Counted from the first letter of the stretch, positions 1 through 10,997 are shown. The stretch is 64,000 nucleotides of DNA from Eledone cirrhosa (GCA_964016885.1 OZ024746.1:20026001-20090000); one strand, 5' to 3'. The notes: generated by a model not told the origin, from the letters alone. Made by a program: numbers and translations.

Positions 1-46
1 ATAAAGGGAGCAAAGAATCAGAATTACATCATATATATATTTAATT

Positions 47-136
47 ACATATTACATGTTTCACTGCCGATCAGCTCGAGGAACGATCGATTAATAATCG
101 ATCCTGACTCTGGAATCGGGAGCTCCTCAGATATGT
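47..136 (-). ncRNA. Type I hammerhead ribozyme motif
   Basis: Minus strand reads ACATAT-CTGAGGA-[long stem II including GATCGATTA/TAATCGATC]-GAAA-CATG-TA-ATATGT. Perfect 6-bp stem I and palindromic stem III. Confidence 0.8.
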
Positions 137-203
137 GTTCTCACATGTAGACTCGCGTCTAAGAGTGGTTTGATATTTAGATAGTTATCCCGATTCATTA
201 TTA

Positions 204-240
<37 letters not shown>

Positions 241-315
241 AGTATTGAGTACTTTGGTGCGTTATGGTCCACCTGGTTCCTTACCACATTTCCTTCGTTA
301 TATATATATATATAT

Positions 316-513
316 ACGTTATTCCGGGTTGAATCGGAGGTAACCACAGTAAGTAAGGTACTCAATACATAGCAGAGTATAACAGTTTTAATATAGATGA
401 GATTCTACAGGACTAGAACTGTTTCATTCATTAGAAATCATCAGGAATCTCGCGATTCCTGATGATTTCTAATGAATGAAACAGTTCTAGTCCTGTAGAA
501 TCTCATCTATATT

Positions 514-517
<4 letters not shown>
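316..517. mobile_element. Hammerhead-carrying short element with a 64-bp perfect inverted duplication (family A), between (TA)n tracts
   Basis: Arms 386-449 and 454-517. Related copies at 17432-17580 and about 19991-20049. Confidence 0.7.
454..502 (+). ncRNA. Type I hammerhead ribozyme motif (mirror copy on the minus strand at 401-449)
   Basis: GATTC-CTGATGA-TTTCTAATGAAT-GAAA-CAG(TTCTAGTC)CTG-TA-GAATC. Confidence 0.7.
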
Positions 518-574
<57 letters not shown>

Positions 575-752
575 GTATGTATGTATATGGATAGTAAGAA
601 TCGAACTTCTAACAACTTTACTCTCAGATCTTCTTATGTCATTGCGCCTATGTAATTGTTCAAACACGCATATGTGGATACTTTTGTCTAGAGTCTAGAC
701 AAAAGTATCTACACATTATGCGTGTCTGGACAATCTCTTACCCTTGAATTAC

Positions 753-807
<55 letters not shown>

Positions 808-984
808 AAAGTTATATTTAAAATTGTTGGGTTACAACTAGTAAACATTTATAACTGATATAAAAGCACTCGACAAATATTTGGAGTATATTTACAATAT
901 GACTGCCAGCTTAAACCTCTTCAAATGGAAGTCGGTGTTATAACGGTATGTCGAATCTATTTATCTATAAAACTGTTTATATTG

Positions 985-1050
985 TATTTTGTCTGAGGAA
1001 GGCATAGCATATTGTTAATATGATATCCCCGAAATATATATAATGAAATA
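985..1050 (+). ncRNA. Type I hammerhead ribozyme motif (family B)
   Basis: TATTTTGT-CTGAGGA-[stem II]-GAAA-TATATA-TA-ATGAAATA. The downstream flank matches 15707-15749, and an inverted copy of the family 3' tail lies at about 806-900. Confidence 0.7.
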
Positions 1051-1087
1051 AATATGGTTTTGTAAATATAGTTTCCATTTATTTAAT

Positions 1088-1152
<65 letters not shown>

Positions 1153-1423
1153 TACGAAAGTCACCGAATTTATTTCAGCGACTTCCAGTCATGACCTACC
1201 CACTCAATGAGATAACAATCATCTTAGTAAGTAACTGCATCTTGTATTTCAGAGTGCACACAAATAGTTAGTTAGTGAGTATTATAGCAGTGTTCTGATA
1301 TTGATACCTTCGTATCGATTTCCCTGAAGGAATTCCGTTTCAATGTAATATTCCACTTACAACGGTTATTAAAAGTGTTATATGCAGAGGACTGTGTAAT
1401 ATCAGCATATATATATGTATATA

Positions 1424-1667
<244 letters not shown>

Positions 1668-1833
1668 TATATTTAATCAATTAATATGTCAATTCTAAAA
1701 TGATATTTCCAAATTTAGTTACGTACGATTTCGGTCATAAATGCTTATCACCATATTTATGTACGTATAAATACATTTAATCATCCGTTACCATACCATT
1801 TGACATTATCATATCGTGTATATCGTTACTTAC

Positions 1834-1942
1834 CCATCTGTAGTGTTTCTTCCATGGAAGGCATATTCCTGTAGGGGTTAAGGAAATACTTATAGAGAAG
1901 AGCGGCTGTGCATCCTCCAAGAATAGGTCCAACCCAATAAAT
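1834..1942 (-). CDS. AQP: Aquaporin coding exon 5 (TM6 and start of the C-terminal tail); the gene continues further
   Basis: Manual translation gives IYWVGPILGGCTAALLYKYFLNPYRNMPSMEETLQM+G, with the MIP YWVGP motif. CAG acceptor at 1943-1945, GTAAGT donor in phase 1. No stop codon is reached within the exon. Confidence 0.93.
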
Positions 1943-2044
1943 CTGAAATATACAAAAACGTGGTTACGGTTCTAGTGTCAAACAAAAATGACCCAAACGG
2001 GCTAAAAAACTTAAAAGTGCCGGCATACGCTAACGTCAAGAAGA

Positions 2045-2295
2045 AGATCATAATGTCCTAGGTTCGATTCCTCGAATGGGTTGTGTGCTGTGTGTGTTCT
2101 TGAGCAAAATATTTCATATCACGTTGCTTCATCATACTCAGCTGAAAAGAGTACTAGCATTAGCTGTGGGTTTAACCCTGTGATGGCCTGGCGTACTGTC
2201 CAAGGAGGGGGCATATTGTACTCTTAGTCGCTTAACGCCATGGAAACCGGGATAAACCTGATGAGCCTCCGGGTTAGAGACAGATTTTAGACATT
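2045..2295 (+). mobile_element. Decayed tRNA-derived SINE with a V-domain-like core
   Basis: B-box GGTTCGATTCC, GTGTTCTTGAGCAA, and AACCCTGTGATGGCCTGGCGTACTGTCCA, which resembles the V-SINE central domain. Confidence 0.55.
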
Positions 2296-2566
2296 TTTTT
2301 TTTAGACTAGTGTATATGATACAACTTTATCATTTGTTATTTTGAATTCTAACTGTCTGGTTCTGTCGATTTTCTTTTAAAGGCCTTTATAGGCTAATTT
2401 GAGTATAACTTAAATAATTTGACCTTCATTTTTGCACCTAGCTTAACATGTACAGCTGGACCAAAGTAACCAAGAAATGGATCATAGAATATGAAATATA
2501 TCGTAGAAGAAAAAGTTAGCCTAAAATAAATGGATATGCGTTGATGTCGAGATAGATAAAACATAC

Positions 2567-2647
2567 CCAATGGTCTCTCCAGGAGTTGGCAGCTGCAGCA
2601 GATCCAAGGGAGCGAGCAGGGTTGATACTAGAACCAGTCAATGGGAT
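2567..2647 (-). CDS. AQP: Aquaporin coding exon 4 (second NPA loop)
   Basis: Manual translation gives IPLTGSSINPARSLGSAAAANSWRDHW (81 nt). CAG acceptor at 2648-2650, GTATGT donor. This exon is absent from the ORF track. Confidence 0.96.
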
Positions 2648-2970
2648 CTGAAACAAAACGAAAATAAAATAAATACAATATTATTCTTGTCAAAGGCTTA
2701 TTTAAATAAAGCGCACAGGAGTTTGTTTACAAACTCTATAAGACGATATTGTTTTCCAATATCTCAACATCTGGGCTGAAGTGAGCGTGTGTTGACGAAC
2801 TTTCTTACTCTGATGTAACATGATCATAGTTTTAAATACAGTGAGTCTGAATGTGTATATGTTTCTTAGACATAAACATATTGCATATGCCTTTATATAT
2901 ATATATATATATATATACAGTAAATATTAGCGAAGGCTATATGAAGTTCTTCAAAAATTTATTCCAATGA

Positions 2971-3051
2971 GCTATTATACATATTTCTCTGGGGTCGATG
3001 ATTAGATAATGTAATCATTACGTAACCATCGGCTCGAGTTCATCAGATAGC
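2971..3051 (-). ncRNA. Type I hammerhead ribozyme motif within an inverted-duplicated element (about 2918-3280)
   Basis: Minus strand reads GCTAT-CTGATGA-[extended stem II]-GAAA-TATGTA-TA-ATAGC. The imperfect inverted copy at about 3170-3280 has CTGGTGA. The element tail runs into (TA)n at 2894-2917. Confidence 0.75.
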
Positions 3052-3720
3052 ATTTTGAGAAATAAAGGCAAGCAATTCCTATAGTTTATCGATACGAGGG
3101 TCGACATAGAGCATGTTCACATCTAGCTGGTCGACTCTCGTGTGAATTCCTCTCTAACACTTTATACCGGTATAGATAAACTATAGACGTTGCTTGTTTT
3201 TATCTCTAAAAATGTTATCTGGTGATCTCGAGCCGATGATTACGTGGTTATTACATCACCTAATCATCGACCCGAGATAAAATTGACTTTTCTCTCTACC
3301 AAAAATTGTTGGTCTTGTGCTTAAATCAGAAACCATTAATTATTTATTATTCATAAATACTACATCAATTGGAATGTAAATAAACAAGGCAAACGTGGAA
3401 TGTTTGTGGAATTCTAGAAATTTAAGATATGAGTGGAAATATGATTTGTGGTCTTGTCCATGCAGCGCAGCCCCTTTACTGCCGCGACCTAGGCCCAGAG
3501 CCCATTCTTCTGTGATACTAGAGTCCTTGCTATTCCATCCCTTTTCCATTTTTTTCATTTTTCTTTATATTTTCCTATTTTTACATTCTATCCTTTCTTC
3601 TCAACCTAAATTTTCTGGGTTTTTTTTCTTTTTCTATTAAACTGTATTTACATGATACATTCCATAAATAAATTATTGTATAACATCATAAAAAAATATA
3701 TGAGAAGAAAGGTTACTTAC

Positions 3721-3916
3721 TGCAGCCAGATGTGCTAATGTGACAGTCAATCCAATGGCAATTGAAGCATTACCAAAGTGAGTACGATTCGGGTCAGTTG
3801 TGGCAAAGATTACAGCAACTAATACAAATGTTAGGAAAAGTTCGATTGCAAATCCTTGTCCAGGAGCGATATTACCTAGCTCTGTGACACCAAGTTTAGC
3901 TCCACTAGGAGCAACA
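3721..3916 (-). CDS. AQP: Aquaporin coding exon 3 (loop C, TM4, TM5)
   Basis: CAG acceptor at 3917-3919; the first base completes GG|T (Gly). Encodes VAPSGAKLGVTELGNIAPGQGFAIELFLTFVLVAVIFATTDPNRTHFGNASIAIGLTVTLAHLAA. GTAAGT donor, phase 0. Confidence 0.96.
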
Positions 3917-3970
3917 CTGGAACAGAAGAAAAACAAATAAATATCAATACTAAAGATATTATTGAATATA

Positions 3971-4499
3971 CAGGGGAGGGGCGGGGGAGAGACTTCCTAT
4001 TTAAAATTGTTAATAATTTTATTAATTATTGGTCTATTTTCATAAAACATGTTTTATTTTGAACAGTATAATGGTAGAAGTACAGTGTTAACATTCTACA
4101 TAGGTACCAGCATTGTCCACCAGTGTCTGTGATCATCAGGTTATATCCTTGACTGACTTCAACAGGAACTCAGGTGGTATGTTGGTCAGTAAATGACAAA
4201 AACATGCCTCGAACTGAGTCAGAGATTTTGGTTTTGAGCTATAAACTTCTTCGCCAACCGCCACAAGAAACAACCGCATGGTATTAAGTCAGGGCCTCTT
4301 GCTGGCCATTCATGTCGACCTCGACAGCCAAGCCAGCGTCTTGGAAATTGGACATCATACCACTCATGGACAGATCGTGCAAAATGAGGAGGAGCCCTAC
4401 ATTGCATGAATATGAGGTCATTGATGTTGTCCCAAGTGGCTAGAGTTGGTCAAAAGTTACAAATAGTTTTCAATAGGGAGTTTCTTTCCACCCACCCTG
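3971..4499 (-). mobile_element. Internally deleted IS630-Tc1-mariner DNA transposon
   Basis: Imperfect TIRs beginning CAGGG, flanked by TA on both sides. Decayed transposase MQCRAPPHF...FPRRWLGCRGRHEWPARGPDLIPCGCFLW resembles QDGAPPH...WPARSPDLTPxDFFLWG. Confidence 0.8.
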
Positions 4500-4728
4500 T
4501 ACATCGCGTGTGTTAAGGTGTATGATCCAGTCCATTTAGCTGGGGTAGGTGCAACTCATCCATTTAAAAAGCAACCGGTTTCTTGTTATTGTTTAGTTAT
4601 AGTTTGGTACCAATCGAACAGATCGAACAGATCTTCAATCAAAAATGTTCCGGCCGCAACCATCCTATCCTTTTTTTTGTGTATGTGAAACTGTGTATAC
4701 ACAGCCACACACGCATTCACTCACACAC

Positions 4729-4759
<31 letters not shown>

Positions 4760-5719
4760 ATATACACTCACACACATACACACACACACACATATATATA
4801 TAATATACACTCACACACATACACACACACATATACATATATATATATATATATATAATATAATCACACACATACACACACACATATATATATATATAAT
4901 ATACACTCACACACATACACATATACATATATAATATACACTCACACACATATACATATATATATATATAATATACACTCACACACATGCACAAACACAT
5001 ATACATATATATATATATAATATATATATATAAGATAATAATAGCTATCGCTTTATTATATAGAAATTACGTTCAAATCCCACTAACCGCCGAAGTTAGC
5101 TTTGTCATCCTTACGGGGTCGATAAAATAACGCACCAGTAATGTACTGGGGTCGATTATTCCTTTATATCTTTTTCTCACTTTCTCTCTCCCACTCGCTC
5201 ACACACACTTTCTCTGGAAGTAATCTGTCCAAGAAACACCGTATGCCATTACATTGCCCCTACGACTCCATCAGAAATTACGGGACCATACCACCATACC
5301 ATTCCATTTCTGTGTGCGGTCAACTAACAAAATATATTTATCTTCAATTCCAAACCTCCCGTGAGTAAACATCTGTTTGAAATAACCAGTCAATCTTACC
5401 ATTACTCACTCTTTAAAAAATTTAATTCTTTGGCATTTTAATTTTTAAAAACCAATCTTTCCTTTGTCGTAAAAGTTTTTGTACACAACACTCTTTCACT
5501 CTTTCCACCTGTTTCAGTTTGTTTGGAATTTTCTTTACTCGTTTCTTTTCAAACCTTTTTTATTTATCTAACGCATCAGTGATTCATTAGTTGAAGCATT
5601 ATTTTAATGAACATTATTAAAGTAAATTTTTATTACTGACCCAATTTGACTATTCTTACCAGATTGTACTCTCTCACGAACTGTGTTTTAATACTAAGTG
5701 ATAATTTTTTAATGTCAGA

Positions 5720-5964
5720 CCTACATTGAGATCACAGCTTCGATACTACGGACATGTCTCAGGAAAGAATCGCTAGACAGGTTTTACGGGTAAAGCCAAC
5801 TGACAAGAGAACCAGGAATACACCTTGAGCAAGATGCTTGGATAACAGCCATGAGCTCAGCTAGTCTCGCTTGGGGATCCAACCGGATCAATGAAAGACA
5901 GCTGCTTCGGACAGGACACGCTGGAAATAAGTGGATGAAGAAGAAGAAGAAGAAGAAGAAGAAG
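5720..5964 (+). mobile_element. RTE-clade LINE 3' fragment with (GAA)n tail
   Basis: Homologous to 59490-59990 (ATTGAGATCACAGCT...CAGGAAAGAATCGCT) and ends in GAA repeats. Confidence 0.7.
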
Positions 5965-6025
5965 ACCTACATCAAACAAAGAATTCAATTTATTAAAGTA
6001 GTTTATGAACGATGTTACCACTTAC

Positions 6026-6213
6026 CCTTTCAAGAAGAATGCGCCAACAATAGCGCCAAGACATTGTGCAATAATGTAAAATAGTGCTCGTACAGGAGTG
6101 ATGTTAAACACTATTGCCATAGCAATCGTGACTGCTGGGTTGATGTGGCCTCCGGAAATATGTCCCACCATCTGGACCATGGCCATAATCCCCAAACCAA
6201 AACATAGTGCAGT
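6026..6213 (-). CDS. AQP: Aquaporin coding exon 2 (TM2, first NPA loop, TM3)
   Basis: Polypyrimidine tract and CAG acceptor at 6214-6216. Encodes TALCFGLGIMAMVQMVGHISGGHINPAVT...GAIVGAFFLK, with the MIP signature SGGHINPAVT. GTAAGT donor, ends in phase 2. Confidence 0.96.
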
Positions 6214-6315
6214 CTGTAAAAAAAAAGAAAGTAAAATAAAAACGAAAAAAAAAACAATAAAAAACAACTATAAGTTACTTTATTGTGTTGTATCAGATGA
6301 AAGAATGGTATTTAA

Positions 6316-7545
6316 CTAATGTATTGGTATGCGATGGGGCCCACCCACAGCCCCGGCGGACAGAATGGAGAAGGCGTTTCCCCGGGGGACGGCAAGGGAG
6401 ACGCGCTGGAAAAGCCACTCCAACTCGCGGGGATCACACCTGCGGCTGGCCAGCTCAGCGCCTATGGTGGTGAGTAAGGAGGTAGCCCTGGGGCCGAGGA
6501 CACCAGAAGTTTCCACTGCCAGGGGAACGACCGCAAACCTGTAGGAGAGCGACCGGTATTTGCACTCAGAAGGCGGCGCCCGGCCTCAGCGGAGAGGGGG
6601 GGGGATGTCAACTCCTTGAGGTGGCCTGGTCGGAGACCATCAACACCTCCGCAGCTACTAGCTGGGAAGGACCTGATGGCGGACATGATATCTGCATCAG
6701 TAACCACAAGGAGCAGGTGGGGGTCGGGTGGGGGTATGGGTCTGAGATCACTGGGTGGCTCAGGGTGTTTGAGCCGCAGAGCAGCCAGGATCTCCTTGGT
6801 GGGTTGGAGGACAGTGTCCTCTGAGGCAACAACTCTGACTGCGGCCGAGACATCACCCATTAGAAGCTTTGCGTTTACCTGGTCACGCAAACGCTTGGCG
6901 CTGGCCTCGGGGGTGGAGGATAGGGGGTACCCGATGGTGGGGTGTGTGGCATCGGCTACCGGCACCCGTGCCGCTCTCGGGATCCTGAGTGGGATCTTCC
7001 GGAGCCACCTGAGCCGAGCGATGTTGGCCAGCGAGGCTCGGGCGTCAGGAAAGCTCGCTGTCCCATCTGGTGGTGTGCCAGACGGCCGTGGCTGGGAAGA
7101 CGTGGGGGAAGAGGCAGCTCCTGCACCTCCATGCTGCGAGGGCATTGGAAGCTCGACGAGTCAAGCCAACGCAGGTGAGGTGGTGGAAGCAGCCGCACCC
7201 CAAACAGTTCCGGCCCCTCTTCCGTTTGTTAGTGGTGCCGCAAGTGCTGCAGGTGTCGATTTGGAGGGGAGGGTGATGGGGTGTGAGGCTGGGGACTGGG
7301 GCACCGAGCGGCATCAAGGGTGGGTGGCTGGCGTGTGTAGGTGGAAGGGAAAGTGCTAGTAAGAGGGCAGCATAGCTCACCTATATATATGGAGGTGCCA
7401 GAAAACGAGAGCGAAAAGGGGCTGAATGGCAGTAAATGAATGAGTGAATGGATGTACACAAAAAAGGGGAGGGGAGGAACAAGGGGTTGTTCCCAGCGGA
7501 AAGACCCAGAGTTCAGCACACACACATGCGAGCAACTGAGCAGTT
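6316..7545 (-). mobile_element. CRE-like (RLE-type) non-LTR retrotransposon, internally deleted
   Basis: GC-rich island. Contains a PHD-like C4HC3 motif (CSTC...CLGCGCFHHLTC...WRCRSC) and a pre-RT region (SFPASSCGGVDGLRPGHLKEL). This is fused out of frame near 6560 to the RLE C-terminus KYRSLSYRFAVVPLAVETSGVLG...LFQRVSLAVPRGNAFSIL. The RT domain is missing. Confidence 0.8.
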
Positions 7546-7744
7546 TGTCATAGACGATATTCTCGATGGACGCGCTTACAATATTTGAATATAACTGAAC
7601 CGTCATGTCATTTAATTTGAAAAGTGGAACAAAGTAAAAGGAAAATATATTTCTTCATTTACTAAGAGTTCATAACTTTTTATTACGAACCAGAATACAT
7701 TTAAAAAAAAACAAAAACAAATATTGCCTCAAGAATTATAGCCC

Positions 7745-8105
7745 GATTGTACTGAGGGAAGAAAAAAGAAAATAAAAATGGTAAAAAGAAAGAAGGATCA
7801 AGCAATGAAAGAAAGGGAGAGGGGAAGGGATAGACGCTAAACCCCAGGTTGAGCGGTGACACAGCTGCGCCTCGCGGACAAAACGCAAAAGCTTTACTGC
7901 GAGGAATGGCCAGAAACACCCACTGCAACATCCATCCCCACCTCGCGGAGATTCTTCATCAAGCAGGCCGCCGTCTTCCCGATTCTGCGGAGAAAATCAG
8001 CAGTGCGGAGACCAAGGTTACCAGAGTCCTCCACGAAGACCGGTGCAAAGAGGAAGCGGTTGGGCAGGCCCCGGTATTTAACGTTCTTCTAAATGCGGCT
8101 GGCCG
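7745..8105 (-). mobile_element. Second, diverged 5'-truncated CRE-like LINE fragment
   Basis: Encodes KNVKYRGLPNRFLFAPVFVEDSGNLG...MLQWVFLAIPRSKAFAF (frameshifted), homologous to the RLE tail at 6316-6560. Confidence 0.7.
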
Positions 8106-8159
8106 ATTTAACGAAGATTTTAATAGATAACAGCGTTAAACAATAATTAGGCAAGGGGT

Positions 8160-8277
8160 TTGGAACAGCTACTCTACCCGCAAGGTAGAGTAGCTGTTCC
8201 AATCCAGCGCATCTCCTTCGCCATCCTCCAGGGCAATGTCTTCTCTATCGTGTCGACCGGGGTCCACGGGGCGGACT
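8160..8277 (+). mobile_element. Third CRE-like C-terminal fragment with a 19-bp 5' inversion
   Basis: Encodes E*LFQ/QRISFAILQGNVFSIVS. Perfect inverted repeat at 8160-8178 / 8184-8202. Confidence 0.6.
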
Positions 8278-8416
8278 AACCCTTAAGGTTCATTTGTGGT
8301 GGTGACATGTGGAGTAAATTTACTTCCATAAGCATGAGCAGGTTCGCAATATTGCAGCGCGTTTTTAGTAATTTATCGACGGTCATAATGGTAACGTGAA
8401 TTTTAAAACTTTCATG

Positions 8417-8720
8417 GTGGGCTGCAGAGGATTCCAGGCTCACTCAGTATGGAGAATGCTCATTGCCACTGGAATAATAGGAAGAGAGAAGAAGACTGCA
8501 GTTCGCAGTATGGGGGAGGCAGCAGAAAGGGCCCCTCGTTGGCTTTGGAGCAGTAGAGAGGAGATAAGCTGACCCACCAGCGAGAGGGTGTTACGGTTAA
8601 GGATCGAAACACCCACTGATGACATCAACGCTCCCTGGCTAAGGCTGTGTTCACCGAGTGTGAATGAATGTGAGAGATTCTCCTTGAAGATGAAATTATG
8701 CCACGAGACCAAACAAAATT
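8417..8720 (+). mobile_element. HERO-like RLE non-LTR retrotransposon 3' fragment
   Basis: 8417-8572 encodes VGCRGFQAHSVWRMLIATGIIGREKKTAVRSMGEAAERAPRWLWSSRE*, matching the HERO-type VGCRGF...AAERASxWLW tail. The 3' UTR contains GGGTG...GAAACACCC-A-CTGATGA. Confidence 0.7.
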
Positions 8721-9808
8721 CCATACTGGTACGTTAAATGTGCTTTACTTTAAATCGACCTATGAGATTGATATATCATAAACATAGCAGCTAACATGTA
8801 CAATACAAATAAAGTCTCCAAATTTATGACTCATTGAATTAAAGAAAAAATCTAATACTAAAGACGTGGCTAAAGTAGTGTGAAGTCTACTTTCTATTAA
8901 GTTTCTTTCTTTACTATGTACGTGTCAGTGGATCTATTCATGGATAGTATGCCGGTGAAATATTTCAATATCTACAGATATATAAATTGTTTAGGATTCT
9001 TTGTAAAACAGCATCTTAGCGTTTTATTGCTTTTAATCACTACCATGACTAAAGTCTGTCTCGAACTCTGGTTTCCGTGGCGTGAAGCAACTGAGAGCAC
9101 AAGACTCTCCTTGGACAGGACGCCACTCTATAATTTAATTAACCTGATAACTAATATGGAGCTCGTATTTCTTATTTATGGAATAAGCAAAATTCCTTCA
9201 CAATTATTGAATCGTCCCCAAATAATTTGATCGAGTATATTTTAAAATAAAACATACGTTTTGTCAGTAGAAACATGTTAGCAATGACTATCAAAATAAA
9301 ATGTAACATTAAATTCTATACATAGCTACTTTCTCTTGGACATGTTCTACTAACGATGCAGTAACTGTATGCCGCAAAGCATGTTGTCCGATGTTCTACC
9401 GATACTGCTAATTCACTATACTCATTAGAATCATTTTGACCATAAATTCCATCATAGTTTTCTCATGTCATTTACTCTGTATGTCAGAGAAATTAAATTA
9501 CTATTCCTTGGACTCACGCCAAGACAGTCATATAAGTTGTACTGGTCCAAAATACCTCGAATATTTCCCAGCAAATGTCATATATGTGCGTGTATATATG
9601 TGTCACGGCCTGTTTCTTCTATGTATATGTATGCTTATATGTGCACGTATATGTAACTGTATAAATACGCGTGTGTGCGCGTGCATGCTTATGTATGTAT
9701 TTTATGTTATATTATGTTTTGTGACCTATTTTTTCTCTACTAAATACCACGCTAATAATACGATTTGTTTTTATATTCGTTGAAACCAAACACACTCACA
9801 GACAGACA

Positions 9809-9853
<45 letters not shown>

Positions 9854-9928
9854 ACAAACACAGACATACACTTACACGCACACACGCACTCATATATAAT
9901 CCAGTACAAAAAACATTTTGTACAATAT

Positions 9929-10610
9929 AATTGTTTCTACTTTTGGCACAAGGCCAGCAATTAACCAGTGTATTACTGGTACTTTATTTTATCGACCCTG
10001 TAAGGATGAAAGGCAAAGTTAACCTCGGAGGGATTTGAACTCAGACCATAAAGGGCCGTAATTCTTTGCCGCAAAGCATGGCGTCCGACCCTCTACCGAT
10101 ACTGCCAATCCAGTTTTCTGATATAAGCACAAGGCGAACAATTTTGGGGGCGAAGGAAAGTCGATTCTATTGACCCCTGAGCGTTACTGGTACTTTATTT
10201 TATCGACCCTGTATGGCAAAGTTAACTTCGGTGGGATTTGAACACAGAACGTAAAATGACGTAACTATCTCTATGTTGCAAAGCATGGTCTCCGTTGCTC
10301 TACCAATACTGCCAAAAATATTTTGTACGATATAACCTCTACTAATGTATGCAGACGAGTTGGGAGACCAACCACCATACAGAAGGATGTCCTTGAAGAT
10401 GACACCGGGCTGGTGATAAGAGAGATTCAGAGGGAGAGACACCTCCAAAGTATGCTGTCTGACGTTCTACCGATACTACCAATCCACCGTCCTCAATATG
10501 ACATATAATATGGTTTCTGATTTAGGCACAAGGCCAATAATTTTGGATGAGGAGAAAGTTGATTAAATCGAACCCAGTGTCTTATTAATACTATATTTTG
10601 TCGACTCTTG
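9929..10610 (-). mobile_element. Cluster of about three tRNA-derived SINE copies
   Basis: Repeated GGCACAAGGCC...TTTATCGACCC...GGATTTGAACTCAG...TACTGCCAATCC, giving A-box and B-box on the minus strand. Confidence 0.8.
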
Positions 10611-10654
10611 GAGGAGGCCGGCTAAACCTGCATAGGTGTGAGCTGTCACACTCA

Positions 10655-10913
10655 CACACATTGCAGCAGATAGCAACATTTCATCGAAAGTGTTCCTAAA
10701 GCTTAGTAAATATGAAGATCTGATAATTGAAATCGAGAAAATGTGGCATCTTAATGCCTGTACAGTACCAGTGATAGTTGGTGCACTTGGAATGATAAAA
10801 AGGGGACTCAAAAATATTTGGACCAGATACCTGGAAAGCCATCACTGCACGAGATACAGAAAATAGTACTGACTAACACTGTCCATGTCCTGGGGACGGG
10901 ACTATCAATTTAA
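10655..10913 (+). mobile_element. R4/Dong-clade LINE 3' fragment (RLE C-terminus)
   Basis: Encodes KLSKYEDLIIEIEKMWHLNACTVPVIVGALGMIK...IPGKPSLHEIQKIVLTNTVHVL, with one frameshift. Confidence 0.8.
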
Positions 10914-10997
10914 AAAACCTTGAAAATACATTTACTGTGATTTATGTCCTTGTGGTATGTTGTTTATGTATGTTGATTATGCTCTTCTTTCATCTTA

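Noticed and set aside
2244-2275. GAAAC...CTGATGA in a SINE tail
   Set aside because: Part of the V-SINE-like 3' region with no consistent stems.
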